A stretch of 64,000 bases of DNA, taken from NCBI GenBank assembly GCA_050084515.1, contig CM114271.1, positions 30,814,001 to 30,878,000 of the forward strand. Direction: 5' to 3'. The notes below the pieces were generated by a model. That model was given only the letters and a program-made list of their open reading frames with translations, searched no databases and was not told the origin of the DNA. This stretch comes from Blasia pusilla. Taxonomy: Eukaryota. Numbering within the stretch: the stretch's first letter is position 1; every line of letters begins with the position of its first letter. The position numbers and the translations under genes are program-made. This document shows, piece by piece, positions 46,097 to 58,660 of this stretch.

Positions 46097-47748
46097 GCGA
46101 TCGTACAAGGACTCGTGGATTCGTTAACTCGACAGTGTTTCTCTATCATGTAGAACAAGGAAGTATGCTTTGATTTAAGTATGCTTTTCTATCCTACCAG
46201 TGATGGATGCTCTGCTGAGAGGATTGCCTTATTGGGGTGTAGATGTCAAGATAAGTACTTGTTTTTTAGACATCTCTTAGCACTAGAGGATCCTTTATTC
46301 TGTAGGTGCCTGTCAGTACAGGTGAATAAATTGTAATATTGCGATTCTGTGCTTAACAGCCCAGAATGTTGTTTATGGGTCTCCTTACTGAAAGTGCTTG
46401 TGTTGATATCAAGCCGACATAGTAGGTTGTGTGCGGTGTTGATATTTCCACTCTGCCAATTGAATTACAGTCAGTGAAATACCTTTAGTGTCTGCACTCA
46501 ACGGAAGCCGCAGCAATGGTGTTTGTCACTTCTTTCTTTTTAAAGTGAGCTGAGTGTCTTCTTTCTGTGTTCTCAAGTCTTTGTACTAAAAGCGTCAAGT
46601 GTTTTTATCCACTGCATGTGAAATTCTTTATTCACACGCTTCTTTGTCTGGCGTCTTTTGAGAGTTAGGCAGTGCTGTTTTCACTGTTTCGTTTCTCATG
46701 TCCTGGAATCAAAAGAATTAGCAATTGAAGGTCTGGAACAAGTGTCAGTGGGGTTGATTATCTAGCTTCCAAATGCTTGCCCACGCTTGGTCATTAAGTT
46801 AAAGATTGATTGGCGTCATGGTGAATTCAATGATTGAGAATAGGAATTGATGCTTGTAAATTACTGGTCCAAGTACCAACTGGAGGTGTACATCATGGAT
46901 TTTGATTAGTGAAATAGTTTGAATGTTATTTGCATCTTGAATGAAGTCACAGGAGAGTAAAGTTGCATGTTCATGAGCCTTTGGTCAGTGGAGAGTTGCG
47001 CACGTGGAGAGTTACAGCAACTGGAATACCTTCAAGATTTATCTTCTGATTTTCCAAGGTTCAAGAGTAATTTAATGGAATAGTATATGTGGAACTTCAT
47101 CGTTAGCAGCAGGGCGCTCGTTATGGTGGTGGATATCACTACAGCTACATAGTCTTACTTAGGGGCTCCAAATTGTGTGTGTTCAGACAAAAGACTTCTC
47201 TCTGCATGGCTTCTCTTCAGGAGTTATACGCCACCCAAATTGTTGTCAAGATGGATCTCATCCTAGAAGAAACCTTGATCAGGTTCTCTGAATGGAATAA
47301 AAGCGGGATCCTCATTATCACGAATGCTTATTACATTTGAAAACCTCGGATGAAGCTTGCCTGGATGAGTATACAATGGAATCACCTCTTGAAGAATCCC
47401 GGGATCAAAATACTTCTGTTAAGATATGTACGAGAGACCTGACTAGTGGATTCTCACTTTTGTGACATCTGGAAGCTGCGAAGTGGTTGCTTTTTGGATT
47501 CACTTAGTCGATGGCGCTGAAGGGCACACAGATATCAGCTTCAGACACAGATATGTATAGGGTGAGTGACATCAGCGCCTTTTTGTAGCAATACGAATTA
47601 CACACAGGAATGATAGGGTCTCCATCTCTAAGTTAGCTACAGTTGGTGTTGGACGGAAGCATGTAGTACTTGTTTCTGCCGGTTGCCCTTGCCAATCATC
47701 TTTATGTACGCAGCAACTTCACAGTGAAAAGGTGCCAATAGGAGCAGC

Positions 47749-50700
47749 TCAAGTAAGCTTCGACTGGGCCACAATAGAACCATCTTCCAGCCTGATCCAT
47801 GATTTCATCTCAAATTGGGGAGATTCCATGAGTTCCAAAACTCGTGAACCTCTCGTCCAAGTCCCATAGCCACCGTACCCAGTGTGGCGAGCGAAGCACA
47901 TCCACAAATTGCTGTCAGGACAGCACCAATCCAGTCCATGGTTGTGGCCTGTAAAAACAGCCTGCACATTCACGAGAGGAGGCAAAATCTGGACTCATCA
48001 AGCAGAGTAGAGCAGAGCAGAGCAGAATTCCATCGTTCAACCCTAGATAGTTTACAACATGATCAAAGATCAGGGCTGCATGTCTGCCTTCTTACCTTTA
48101 CCGATGCTTTTTGACGGAGCACATCCATGAGTCCCCAATCGGTAACCTGAGCGTCAACCGCTTCCAGGTTGATCGAACCCACACAGGGTGCTGGGATCTG
48201 CGTACCAGCTTGGGGTCCCAGTTTTAGGTGTGCTGCTGTGGGGATGTGGAAGAAGACGAGCTCTGGAATGCTGCATGCCAATCAATTAATTCAGGTAATT
48301 CAGAAGGCTGGATATTCCGAAGGAAAGCGCTGCCGTTCAAACTGAGATGAACTATTCCGTATTCAATTTGCTACACTCCACCATTTTTATATCATACCTT
48401 CCATCCGGGTTTATTGCGTTTGATTTTTGCTGAAACCAGGCTATCTGGCTAGCAGACAGGAGCTCAGGATATGTACCCCCACCAGAGTCCAGAAAGTAGA
48501 GAATGGTGGCTGCACGGCCCGGGTCGTTGAACGAGGCTATGGTGAGGGCATAGTTGGACAGGCTTGGCCATAGGGAGTTTGGACCTGCTTGAGACAAGGA
48601 GCTTGTCATTTCCACTTCAGCAGCCATCAACTCCTTGCGTGTGGTACCATGATAGTACCCGACCCCCTCTGCAGAAAACGCACGCTTGAAGATTAGTTTT
48701 CGAGCTCCCCAGATTCTATTCTTGGTCCCACGCTTCTCGAGCAGCTCCCGACAGCGGATAGGTGTATGAGGTGTCATCGCCACTTCTCGCAAATAGTAAT
48801 GTTTTAATCCCACCTTTCTATTGTTACACGGGTCTATATCTAAATTATTCAAGTTTTGGGAGTCATCTTTAGAGAATATCAAAAGAGTGTCATGGGTTGC
48901 GTGAGAATGATATTCATGACTAATCTTTGGAAGATTTTTTTTCCGACGAAATAAAAAATACATTACATCATTACCCCCACTATGAATCCCAAATACGATT
49001 AGAGTATTCTCTTTCCTCCATCCAAACCAAGGTAACGTGTGTCTCCTTCCACGGTCGATCTTTTTGGTGTGCTAGCTATACATAACAGATCTATATTTTC
49101 AGTGTCCCTTAGATTTTCATGTGATAGTTTTAGCCCTTCATTTTGGCATATAGATTCGGATCAGGTAAACCAAATTATCCATTACTAGTAAGATACTATC
49201 CATAAAAAAGTTATTGAAGAGCCCGTGAAGGATTAATTATTAAACTTTTTTCTGTCAAGAAAAAAGTTGAATAATTAATCCTTTGCACTCTCCCATAATA
49301 AATCCCCTAGCTACTAAATATTCTCTTATGGTCCTCAAATGAAAACGGATCTAAAAAAATAAATCCGACGTACCATGTTTTCCATTGCTTCTTTCAAAAC
49401 GCTCTACCCAACTCTCATAAGCACATTCGTCGAACCCACTCTCTGTCCACGACCTTGTTTGCTACCGCCACTTCATTCATTCGATCGACAGTGTGCACCA
49501 CATTCTCTTCAGAGGTCTGGCTAGCGGAGATCTTCTGGGAGGGGTTGTCATCGAGAGAACTCGGGAGAAAAGCAGCACAATCTGAACAATGCAGGAAGCC
49601 TCAAGCCACGACAAAATCTGGACAGCTAGCCGCCGCGATCAGAGAACTAGGGAGATTTGGGAGAGCTGAGGCAGAGCGGTGCTTACCAGCAGGAAGGCCA
49701 GGGATGCCGGAGGGTCCGAACCAGCTCATGTCGTACACCATAAAAGCGTCATCGTGATTGCCAAACACACTGGCGAAAGGAATCGACCTCTTCACCGCAG
49801 GGTCCACCGCCTGTGCCCAGTAATTGGACGAATTCGCTGCAATCACGTTGTTGGCTGTCACCTGGTCTCCTAGATAGACGACGAAGTCTGCAACATGGAG
49901 AAGGAAAGTAGAATCAGATGTCCTACGATCACAATTGACTAAAATTCACAATCAACTGGTATCTTCATGTCATAAGTTTTCAAATAAAGACGTATCCATA
50001 TGAAAACTCGCTAGTTGGAAGAAGTTTGCGCCCGTGAACTACTAATGTCCGTCCATTTTACGGTGCGGTTTTAGTAAGCGAGCAATTGACATTCAGCTGG
50101 ATAAACGAAGGGATTCTCACTCCATTTCTGCCCAAGTTGATTTGAGTGACACGCTCTCTCATCAGCCCAGGAAACCGTCGTGTATCATGTCACGACCGGT
50201 GTATGATGTGCGCACTGCAGAAAGCGGATTCAACGCTTCTCTGCTTCGGTGTCCACCAGCCCATTGCTGCACTTTGTACCGGGATCACTCAGCGTTTCTA
50301 TCTTGGGCAATTAAGCGACGACGAGATTGTACACCGGGCCCCATTTTCAAACCTCAGTGATGGCATCAATGTACATCTTTGCGAGTAATTCTCTTGACCA
50401 GTGCTTCATCATTCGAGATCTATCGCTCAAATCAATTGCACTACCCGGTATTTTTCTACTTCCTGGTGACCAATGCCATAGTCCTCGCCGTCTGAAACCT
50501 CAGCGCGACTTAAGAAACTTGTGAGAAACCGTGCAGTAGCCACAGCATTCTTGATCTGACCTTCAGAAAATTTATGAAGCTTTTGTGGATCAAGTATCTT
50601 CACCTTAGACTCTACAAATCCAGCTGAGAGACTGTACTCATTAAGTAGTGCCTGTCATAGCCTTGCGACCATATCGAGCTGAATGAGAGAGAGAGAGACT

Positions 50701-50856
50701 GTACTCATTAAGTAGTGCCTGTCGTAGCCTTGCGACCATAGACCCCGCACCCTGTTTGGACGGTGCTTGAGACATGGATGGGTGTAGAGAGAGGAAGAAG
50801 TGAAGAAGGTACCATATGAGAGGAGCTTCCCAAGTGTCAATCAACCAAGAAACATC

Positions 50857-50890
<34 letters not shown>

Positions 50891-51135
50891 AGGGTCTCCG
50901 AATCGAGAATGTAATCCTGGACGCCGGTGGATTTGAAGTCGGCTAAGGGCGCCCAATCGGACCAAGCGTTTTCTCCGTAATGCAAATCTGCCATGAGCGC
51001 AATCTTCAGTGGTCGATCTCCGGGGAATCGCAAACTCGGCTTTCCAACCTCCAGTTCCACCGACTTCACATCCACCCCCACCGTCCAAACCAGCAGCAGC
51101 ACCATCATCGTCACCCATTTCCACCGCTCCCCCAT
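47749..51135 (-). CDS. Calcineurin-like metallophosphoesterase, PAP16-like (purple acid phosphatase/DCR2 group); exons 51135-about 50891, 49887-49687, 48668-48398, 48270-48096, 47961-47749
   Basis: Signal-like N-terminus; motifs [70 protein letters not shown]. The exon 1 donor is not canonical (see findings). Confidence 0.88.
49228..49283. repeat. AT-rich palindrome (26-bp arms, 4-nt loop) in an intron of the PAP16-like gene
   Basis: AAGGATTAATTATTAAACTTTTTTCT-GTCA-AGAAAAAAGTTGAATAATTAATCCTT, one mismatch. Confidence 0.9.
50859..50889. repeat. (GA)n microsatellite at the exon 1/intron 1 boundary of the PAP16-like gene
   Basis: Directly visible. Confidence 0.95.
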
Positions 51136-52296
51136 TGCATTCAGACTCTCTCCTCTCCCAGGTCCCTATCCGGATCCCGAGATCTCACACGCTGAGTGCA
51201 AATCCATACTCCCAATTCATCGGCACATCCTCTCTCTACCTTTCCGGTATCGCAACCCCTACGCATCCCCCCCCGCCCCCCGGCTCCATGCACAATGTGC
51301 ACGGCAAGAATCACCCCCATCTCTCCAACTCCCGTAAGATTTCTGTTTTGCGTGCAGCGTTCCCATGAAACGCGGCAGAGGTCGTAAACCCACTTCCCCT
51401 GCAGGCACAGATGACGACGAAGAGCGATGGCGACGAGATCACTCCAAGTAGGATCGGAAAGCTTAATTGAATAATTCCTCTGAGAGCATCCGGTGGCATC
51501 GACCCCAGCATATTCTGGGAAATCTTGATTCTGCGCTCCGCCTACGCGATACCCGCTCCCCGTATCCGTAGAATACCATAACTGCTGTGCTCTTGGCCCA
51601 CAGACTTACATGCGGCAACCTCCTTGGATTCAAATATTCCTGTCGACCATTGCTTGATGCGCTCTCTTCGCGGTTCCCCGGAGATCTCCGTGAGATCGTC
51701 AACTCTGTGAAACAAGCGAAGCCATTACAGATCGTGAGCCGTGCAGTGACGGCGTTCCTGATTTTCTTGACAGTAGAAGCGCTCGCGCGTGGAGAAGCAG
51801 GTTGACTTGAGCGCGGCCGTCGCAGTGCCTGAGGAGTTGACGTGAGCGCTCCATCGACTCCGAACAGCGTGACCACTCCAGAGCTCGACGATCCATCGAT
51901 TCCGAGGAACGAAAAGACTATCGCGATCAACAACAATCTGCCGGTGACAGAATGCTGCATTCTCGTTGCTTTCTCTTCCCTCGCAACTTTTCGAGCGTCT
52001 CCAATGAGATTCAGGTAATTCGCTCGAATTCATGAGCGATGGACACCGTTCCCGTCTTGCATCGCTCTACCGCAAGGGAATCGGAGGATACAACATCAGC
52101 AAATAAGGAGTTTCTTTTTTCTTCTAACACTATCAAGAAATCGAATTTCTTCACTGCAATGGGAATTGAAAGTGGGACTCTTTTTCACCGTTCATGCGAC
52201 TTTTCTGACGAGGAGACGGCCTAAATGAAAGAAAACGGGTTTGAAATGTAGCTTACGGGAAATGATATGAAACCAACTTTTACTCATCGGGACTCT

Positions 52297-52420
52297 CATG
52301 TGATTGGGACCCAAACACGAAAAGAGAGGAATTCATTGGGATTGTGGTCATGATTTGGACCCAAACACGAAAAGAGCTTCTTTTCATTGGGATTGGGGTC
52401 ATGATTTGGACCCACACGGA
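52297..52420. repeat. About 50-bp tandem repeat, roughly 2.5 copies
   Basis: CATG..TTGGACCCAAACACGAAAAGAG...TTCATTGGGATTG recurs. Confidence 0.85.
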
Positions 52421-52775
52421 GTGCCACATCGATCAAGTCGATCAAATCCTTCCATTTCTTCTCTATGCACATGGAAAACACTCGCATTTCTCCTCTATCA
52501 TTTCTCCTCTATGCACATGGGAAACTAGCCATTGTCGGTGCTCCGCATGGATGAATGAAAATTAGCTCGAGAAGACAAAGACTCAAAAGAGGTTAGAGGA
52601 GAGAACAACACATGTCAATCAATTAGAGGTCGAAAAAGACAGGTGTTATCAAGAGGGAAGGCATCCCGTATAAGGGCACTCTCCCATAATAATATAGATG
52701 ATTGGAATCAATGGTAGGGAAGATCCGAGTAGTGGGTTATAATCATAAATTTCGGTTTCATTCCGAAAAAATTCG

Positions 52776-53580
52776 CAGGATTAGGGGGTTTCCTTTGTGT
52801 AAGGTATCTGAAACATGGTTGCACAAAAACGGACAAGTCCTTCCTTAAGACAGACATGGACGGACAAGTCCACAGACATAAGTTCCAAGAGGTGGGACCC
52901 ACACTTATAATCCATGATGGAAGGCAAGACAAAGATGAGTGGAGCAATGAGGGAAGAGGGAGGAAGAAACGAGGGAGTATGGAACACAAAGGCAGGTAAG
53001 GGGAAGGAGAAAGAAGGGAAAGGTGGGGCCTATTGGAATTTGCCCTTGTCAAGGTAGCATATGTACTTCATAATTACTATTGTAGAGTCCTTATGTGGAA
53101 ATACTTTCTTGTTGATCCATTGTCATGAGTTAAGAGACATAGGTTCCAAGAGGTGGGACCCATATTTAGAGTCCATGATGGAAGGCAACACAAGGATGAG
53201 TGGAGCAATGAGGGAGGAGGGAGTGGAGTTGGAGGGAGGAAGAAATGGGGGAGTATGGAAAACAAAAGCAAGTAAAGGGAAGGAGAAAGAAGGGAAAGGT
53301 GGGGCCCATAAGGACAAGTCCTTCCATAGGACGGACATAGACATGTATCCGGACACAGACTTTGTCCACATGCAACCTTGATCTGAAACTGGTTCAAACT
53401 CTGATTTTACCGTTTTCGGCTATGAAATACACGTAATATACCCAATACTGAGGAAAACCTCCCCGGACCCTCATTGGAATTTTCCCTTGTCAAGGTAGCA
53501 TATGTACTTCATAATTACTATTTTAGAGCCCTTATGTGGAAATACTTCTTATTGATCCATTGTCATGACTTAAGAGAAAT
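52776..53580. repeat. Interleaved direct duplications within a probable degenerate DNA-transposon remnant
   Basis: GTTCCAAGAGGTGGGACCC...GATGAGTGGAGCAATGAGGGA occurs near 52882 and 53143. ATTGGAATTT.CCCTTGTCAAGGTAGCATATGTACTTCATAATTAC occurs near 53032 and 53473. CTCCCCGGACCCT at about 53459-53471 resembles the terminus of the 20153-21331 element. Confidence 0.7.
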
Positions 53581-56500
53581 ATTATTATGTATCAAAAGGC
53601 TATCCTTTTCTAATAGTTTAGATTATTCTATATTTTTTTAAAATAAATTCCATATACTTATATGTTCTCAATAACCACTAGTATAAGCCATTGGTTTATA
53701 GTACTTCCCATAATTAACTCTCATAATTTTCAAGTGCCATTTTAAGTCAATTTTGAGCAATCTTATTGGCTCAAAAGGCAAGCAATCCTGTTGGTTGAAA
53801 ATGCCAAGTGTCGAGAGGAGAAGAGTTTGCAAAATGAATGCGCACTCTCCAATAATAATATAGATTTAAGTACACTAAGATACAACAATTGTTGTAAACC
53901 AATATTGGGTCGTCATGTTTCTCTTCTCACTCCTCTCTTTCTTCTTCACAGTTTTTGCATTGTAACACACAAAGGGCCGCAATTTGAGCATTACCGTTTG
54001 GTTTGGGTAGTTTTCCACCAGTACCAATATTTTTGTCATCTATACTTTTAAGCAAAAGTGCATATGCCACTACGAGACAAAATGGTCAACAAATATTAAA
54101 AAAAATAGTTGAAAGGTTCATTTAGGGTTAGAATGGATTGGAGTGACATACACATAGGTTGAGCTTCAATTTTGGGAGTTACGAGTTTAAGGGGCCACTC
54201 CCTCTTAGGTCTAAAAATTCCTCCATTTAAGACTCTATCCATTCCACTTTTTTTTTATTGTGCATAACATAGGCATATCTTGTCATATTCATATGGTGAT
54301 ATTTTCCAAACTTTAAAAAGGTTTTCACATGAAATAAGTATTCCTTCATACGAAATAAAAAGGGACATGATGTTACTAGGCCTTTTTCCAAGGAAGTTTC
54401 GCAGTGAATATGGAAATTTTGATTTTAACCAATAGCTCTATTCATGGCGCTAATTCTCCAACTCAAGTGAAGGAATTAACATGACCATGAATGATCTTTT
54501 TGCCCAAGTTCTTTCTCCCATAATTTGACTCCCTCTAGAAGTCACTTTCATGAGCTTTAGCTTCATCAAGTATCTCTTGAGCCTATGTATGGTCCAAAAA
54601 GTCTTCACTTCCTTTTCATGTGGGAAAGGAAGACCTTTACTATCATTCTTGGGTTGTCTCTCAAGAAATGATTAAAGTTTTAAAAAAAAGGGTATGTACA
54701 TTCTATCCAATCTACTTTCTATATGCCCTAAAACATGCTTTCAAAATTTAAGATTGAATTTGCAAAAATATGACCCAAAAACTTGCATTTGGCTTATCAT
54801 AAGGAGACACAATAAAGTTCCAACCATGGGAAAAAAAATGGACACCCACCATCTAAAGCATTTGGAAACATGTCAAAATAATTAATGTGTGAAAGGCTTC
54901 ACACATGGCCTCCAAGGATAGCTTTCTAGGGAAAATACCAACAAAAATAACAATAAGAGGTGGACAAGCATCCAACTAATGTCAAACTAAAATTTTCATG
55001 ATTTTACATTTTCACAAGAAAAGGGATGCTCACCCTCAATTTTTTTCAATTTGCATATGAATGGATTAGTTGTGAAGTTTGGTGTAAGAGTTAAGGTTTT
55101 CCTAGTAAAACGTCCACTGTCCATAGCATTCATAGCTTCATATCTATAGCATTCATAGCATCCCTCCTAAGGGGAAGGATGCTATGAATGTCTATGTCTT
55201 GTGGTATATTAACTCGAAGTTTCAAACACGCACAAGAGAAGGTTAGTCTTCTACGCTTGGAGAGAAAATTATGGGTGTTGTTCGTTATCAAACATCTCAA
55301 ATAAGATGTCTTACCATCGTGGATGTTGTCAAAAGTCTCTATTGTAGCTTTTTCCACTAAAGTTTATTTCTCGTGGTAGTTTAATTTGCAAGGTGACGTA
55401 ATCTTGCTTTAATTTTTCCTTTTTCTTGTAGTTTCCTTTGTTCCCCTACCAAAATCCTCACCAAACCAAAGTTACCAATAGTCTACTTGTGGGGCCTAAT
55501 TTTCCCAAATTGTAAGGGACATATGCCAACCATGTGTAGGAGCCCCAAATTTTTTTGTAGTACACTCATACTGAACTCACAATTGACTCACAAACCCAAG
55601 AATTGGACCTTTAGATTGCGATTGCAACACACATCAAAATTTCTATTTTATTTGATTTGTTTTTGAGTCGTACAAGGATTGAAATTTCTTCACAACTTTG
55701 TGAGTCATTTGTAGGTGTTTGCAAATTGCAAGTCTCCGTAGTTGCAAAAAATTGACTCAGAACTCACTCGCAAAATAGTCACAAAAAAGAAAGTCAAAGT
55801 AATGGTTTTTTGCACTTGTGAAGGACTCTTAAAGTAATGGTTTTGGACTGGAAAATCAGTTATTTTGTGATCCTCTCTTTCTTAGTTTAGACCCATTGTT
55901 TCCTAAGGATGGCATTGCCTTCCTCTCAGAAATTTCCTATAGTTTAGAACCAATAATTTTGAAAAAGAAGAAGAAGAAGACATACGATGAATCTTGCTCA
56001 TCTACATGTTCTTCAACATCTTAAAATAATTTCTTATCCAAAAAATCTCAAGACTTAGCACCATTATAGATGTAAACAAGTTGCAAAGAGAGAAGAGGAA
56101 TCCCGGAAAGTTGGGAAATAAAGCAAAAATGGAGCAATTCGGAGGTAAGAGAGAAATTTTTAGCTAATTTTTAGCACTATGTATATAAGTGGAATGCTAG
56201 CTGTTTGCAAATGTTATGTGATTAATTTGAAAGTGTATTTTTAAGTACCATAGGAGTGCAATGCTAGTTGTCTGCAAATGTTATATGAGTGATTTGCGAG
56301 TGCACCAGAACTTTTACATTGCAAGAGTTTTACAAGTTTTTTGTGTCTCATTGTAGTCATAAGTTGCAGTACCCATGACTCCCACTTTGTGAATCATTTG
56401 CGAGGAAAAATCGAAAATTTCATTATGAGTCGTTTAATTTATGAGTCTCTACGTCTTGCAATTGACTTGCAAAGTTCAAAATTGTGACAACCTAGAGTTA

Positions 56501-57306
56501 ACTTGCATTGGACTCCCAAATAACTCACAAATGTAGACTCAAAAAGTAGTCATAAATGCCAAAAAAAGGACTTGCAAGATGACAACTGTGCACCTCTCAT
56601 CTATAATAGTGCCTCTAGAAGCACCCTTCACAAAAAAAAATTTCTATGCTCCATTAGAATTTGACATAAAAAATATTAATATTTTGAGTGGCCCTAATAG
56701 CCTTAATAGAATAGATAGTGTCATTTTTCCTCATTGCCTTAATTAAATTTTTTTTATATAATTATGGCAAGAATTTGATTTGAGTTCAAACTTTGAATCT
56801 ATAAGTACTATTAACGAAATGTATCCCTTCAAAAACTTTGACATCTAGTTTGACATATTGAAAAAGTCTTTACATTCAAAAAGAACCTATTTGTTAAGCT
56901 CATCAAAAGCATACAAATAAACAAAATTCAACCGAATCTTCATAATTGAAAATATCAAATAGGAAAAATATATAAGAAGACTCACTTTTATGTTTGTTGC
57001 AATCAGTGTGTTGACATTTGTCCTATTATCAGACTTAAGGATTAACATAAATCTCCATTAATAAAATTTTAAAGCAATTTGTCATCATCATCGTACTATT
57101 ATTGATGTTTGTATATGGTTGTTAAACTCCATATTTTCACACCTAAAAAAAATCCACTAATAAATAATTTTAATCTCGCCGAAAATATCCAACTAAAGAT
57201 TTTTCAAGTCAAATTATTTTCACCAAAAAAATTACATTAGAAATATATAATTGGAGAATTTTTCAGATTGATTTTATTCATGGTGTGTATACACATCATT
57301 GTTGCA

Positions 57307-57373
57307 CACACATAAGCATAACACATACACCATCACCTCCACACATAAGCATAACACATACACCATCACCTCC
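57307..57373. repeat. 33-bp perfect tandem duplication
   Basis: CACACATAAGCATAACACATACACCATCACCTC twice. Confidence 0.9.
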
Positions 57374-58010
57374 ATACATATATCATCATTGCTCTTTGAT
57401 ACACTAAATGACAATCAATCCAAACCAACCCTCAACATGAGTGAATCAAGGTTTAATACGTTGTTGCACTATGCACCCTTTGCATGAGCTTGGAAGGCTC
57501 AACTGTAGAGAGATGAGTCTCTCTAAGCCTCCCCTTATGGTATACGCCTCTCCAAGGCTCCACAACTCAGAGGATGACATGTGCACATAGGTCATCCCAT
57601 CCCATGTGGGACATGACCATTATCCATGTTGAACCACACTAAGAATAGTTGGTGTCAAACATACCATATACCATCCTCACCAACCATCATCATACACTAT
57701 CATACTAGGCCCATCCCCACCAAAGTTGTGTATTACCAACCATTAATCTTGAGCCAAAGATGCTTGTCAATAATCACGCATTCCTAAAACTAAATGTTGT
57801 AGTGTTTGGCCAAGACATCTACATAAGATCAATCATGATTTCTCATCTCTATTTCCTTACCATTATATCTTTGTACTCATGACTCTTTTGGAAAAATTGT
57901 CACCACACTAGTATCACTCCATTGATAGAGATTTGGTGGTCATATACAATCCATCAGATACTCCCATACATCCAAGGGTACCAAGTTACCAACACCAATG
58001 GCCCCACTGT

Positions 58011-58660
58011 ATCTCCATCTCTAGTCTCTTTACTCTCTAGCATGAATACCTCATTCCAAGCATGACCGATGTATCAATCCGCATTATGTTGTAATAACTT
58101 GCATGGACCCACTGTTGGCCCCTAATCCATGCTTGGTATCATGTCAACTAGAGTGTAACCATATTTTGTTAGCCTTGATGATGTTGGATTCTCTACCATG
58201 TAGCACATAAAGTGGAAAGAACCAACCAAAAATAGAGTCAAAAAAATTGTGATATAGACAACAGTGGTTTGATAGGTCGATGAAAAGTAAGATAAGGATA
58301 CATAGGATAAGATGAGATAAGGACACTAAAGTCCAAAGAAGATCCTCTCATACTAAGTGAAAAGGTCATGTGCGATAAGGATGGGGAAAACTAATTTTTA
58401 TTCATAGTACCTATCTCTAAATATATAAAGGAAGAGGACAAGCCTTGAGGGGCATTCTACCTTTGTGCAATTCTAGATTTTTCTTATGAGCTTGAGATTA
58501 AAAAATGGCCACATCACATCTCCATTGCTAGTCTCTTCACTCTATAGCATGAAGATCTCACTCCAAGCATGGTAGATGCATCGATCCACATTATATTGTA
58601 ATAACTTATATGGCCCATTACTAGCCCCTAATCCACTCTTGGAGTCATGTCAACTAGAGC
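58011..58660. repeat. Diverged about 140-bp direct repeat pair (about 58011-58153 and 58518-58659) in TE-like debris
   Basis: ATCTCCAT..CTAGTCTCTT.ACTCT.TAGCATGAA...GTAATAACTT...CCCCTAATCCA...TCATGTCAACTAGAG in both copies. Confidence 0.8.
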
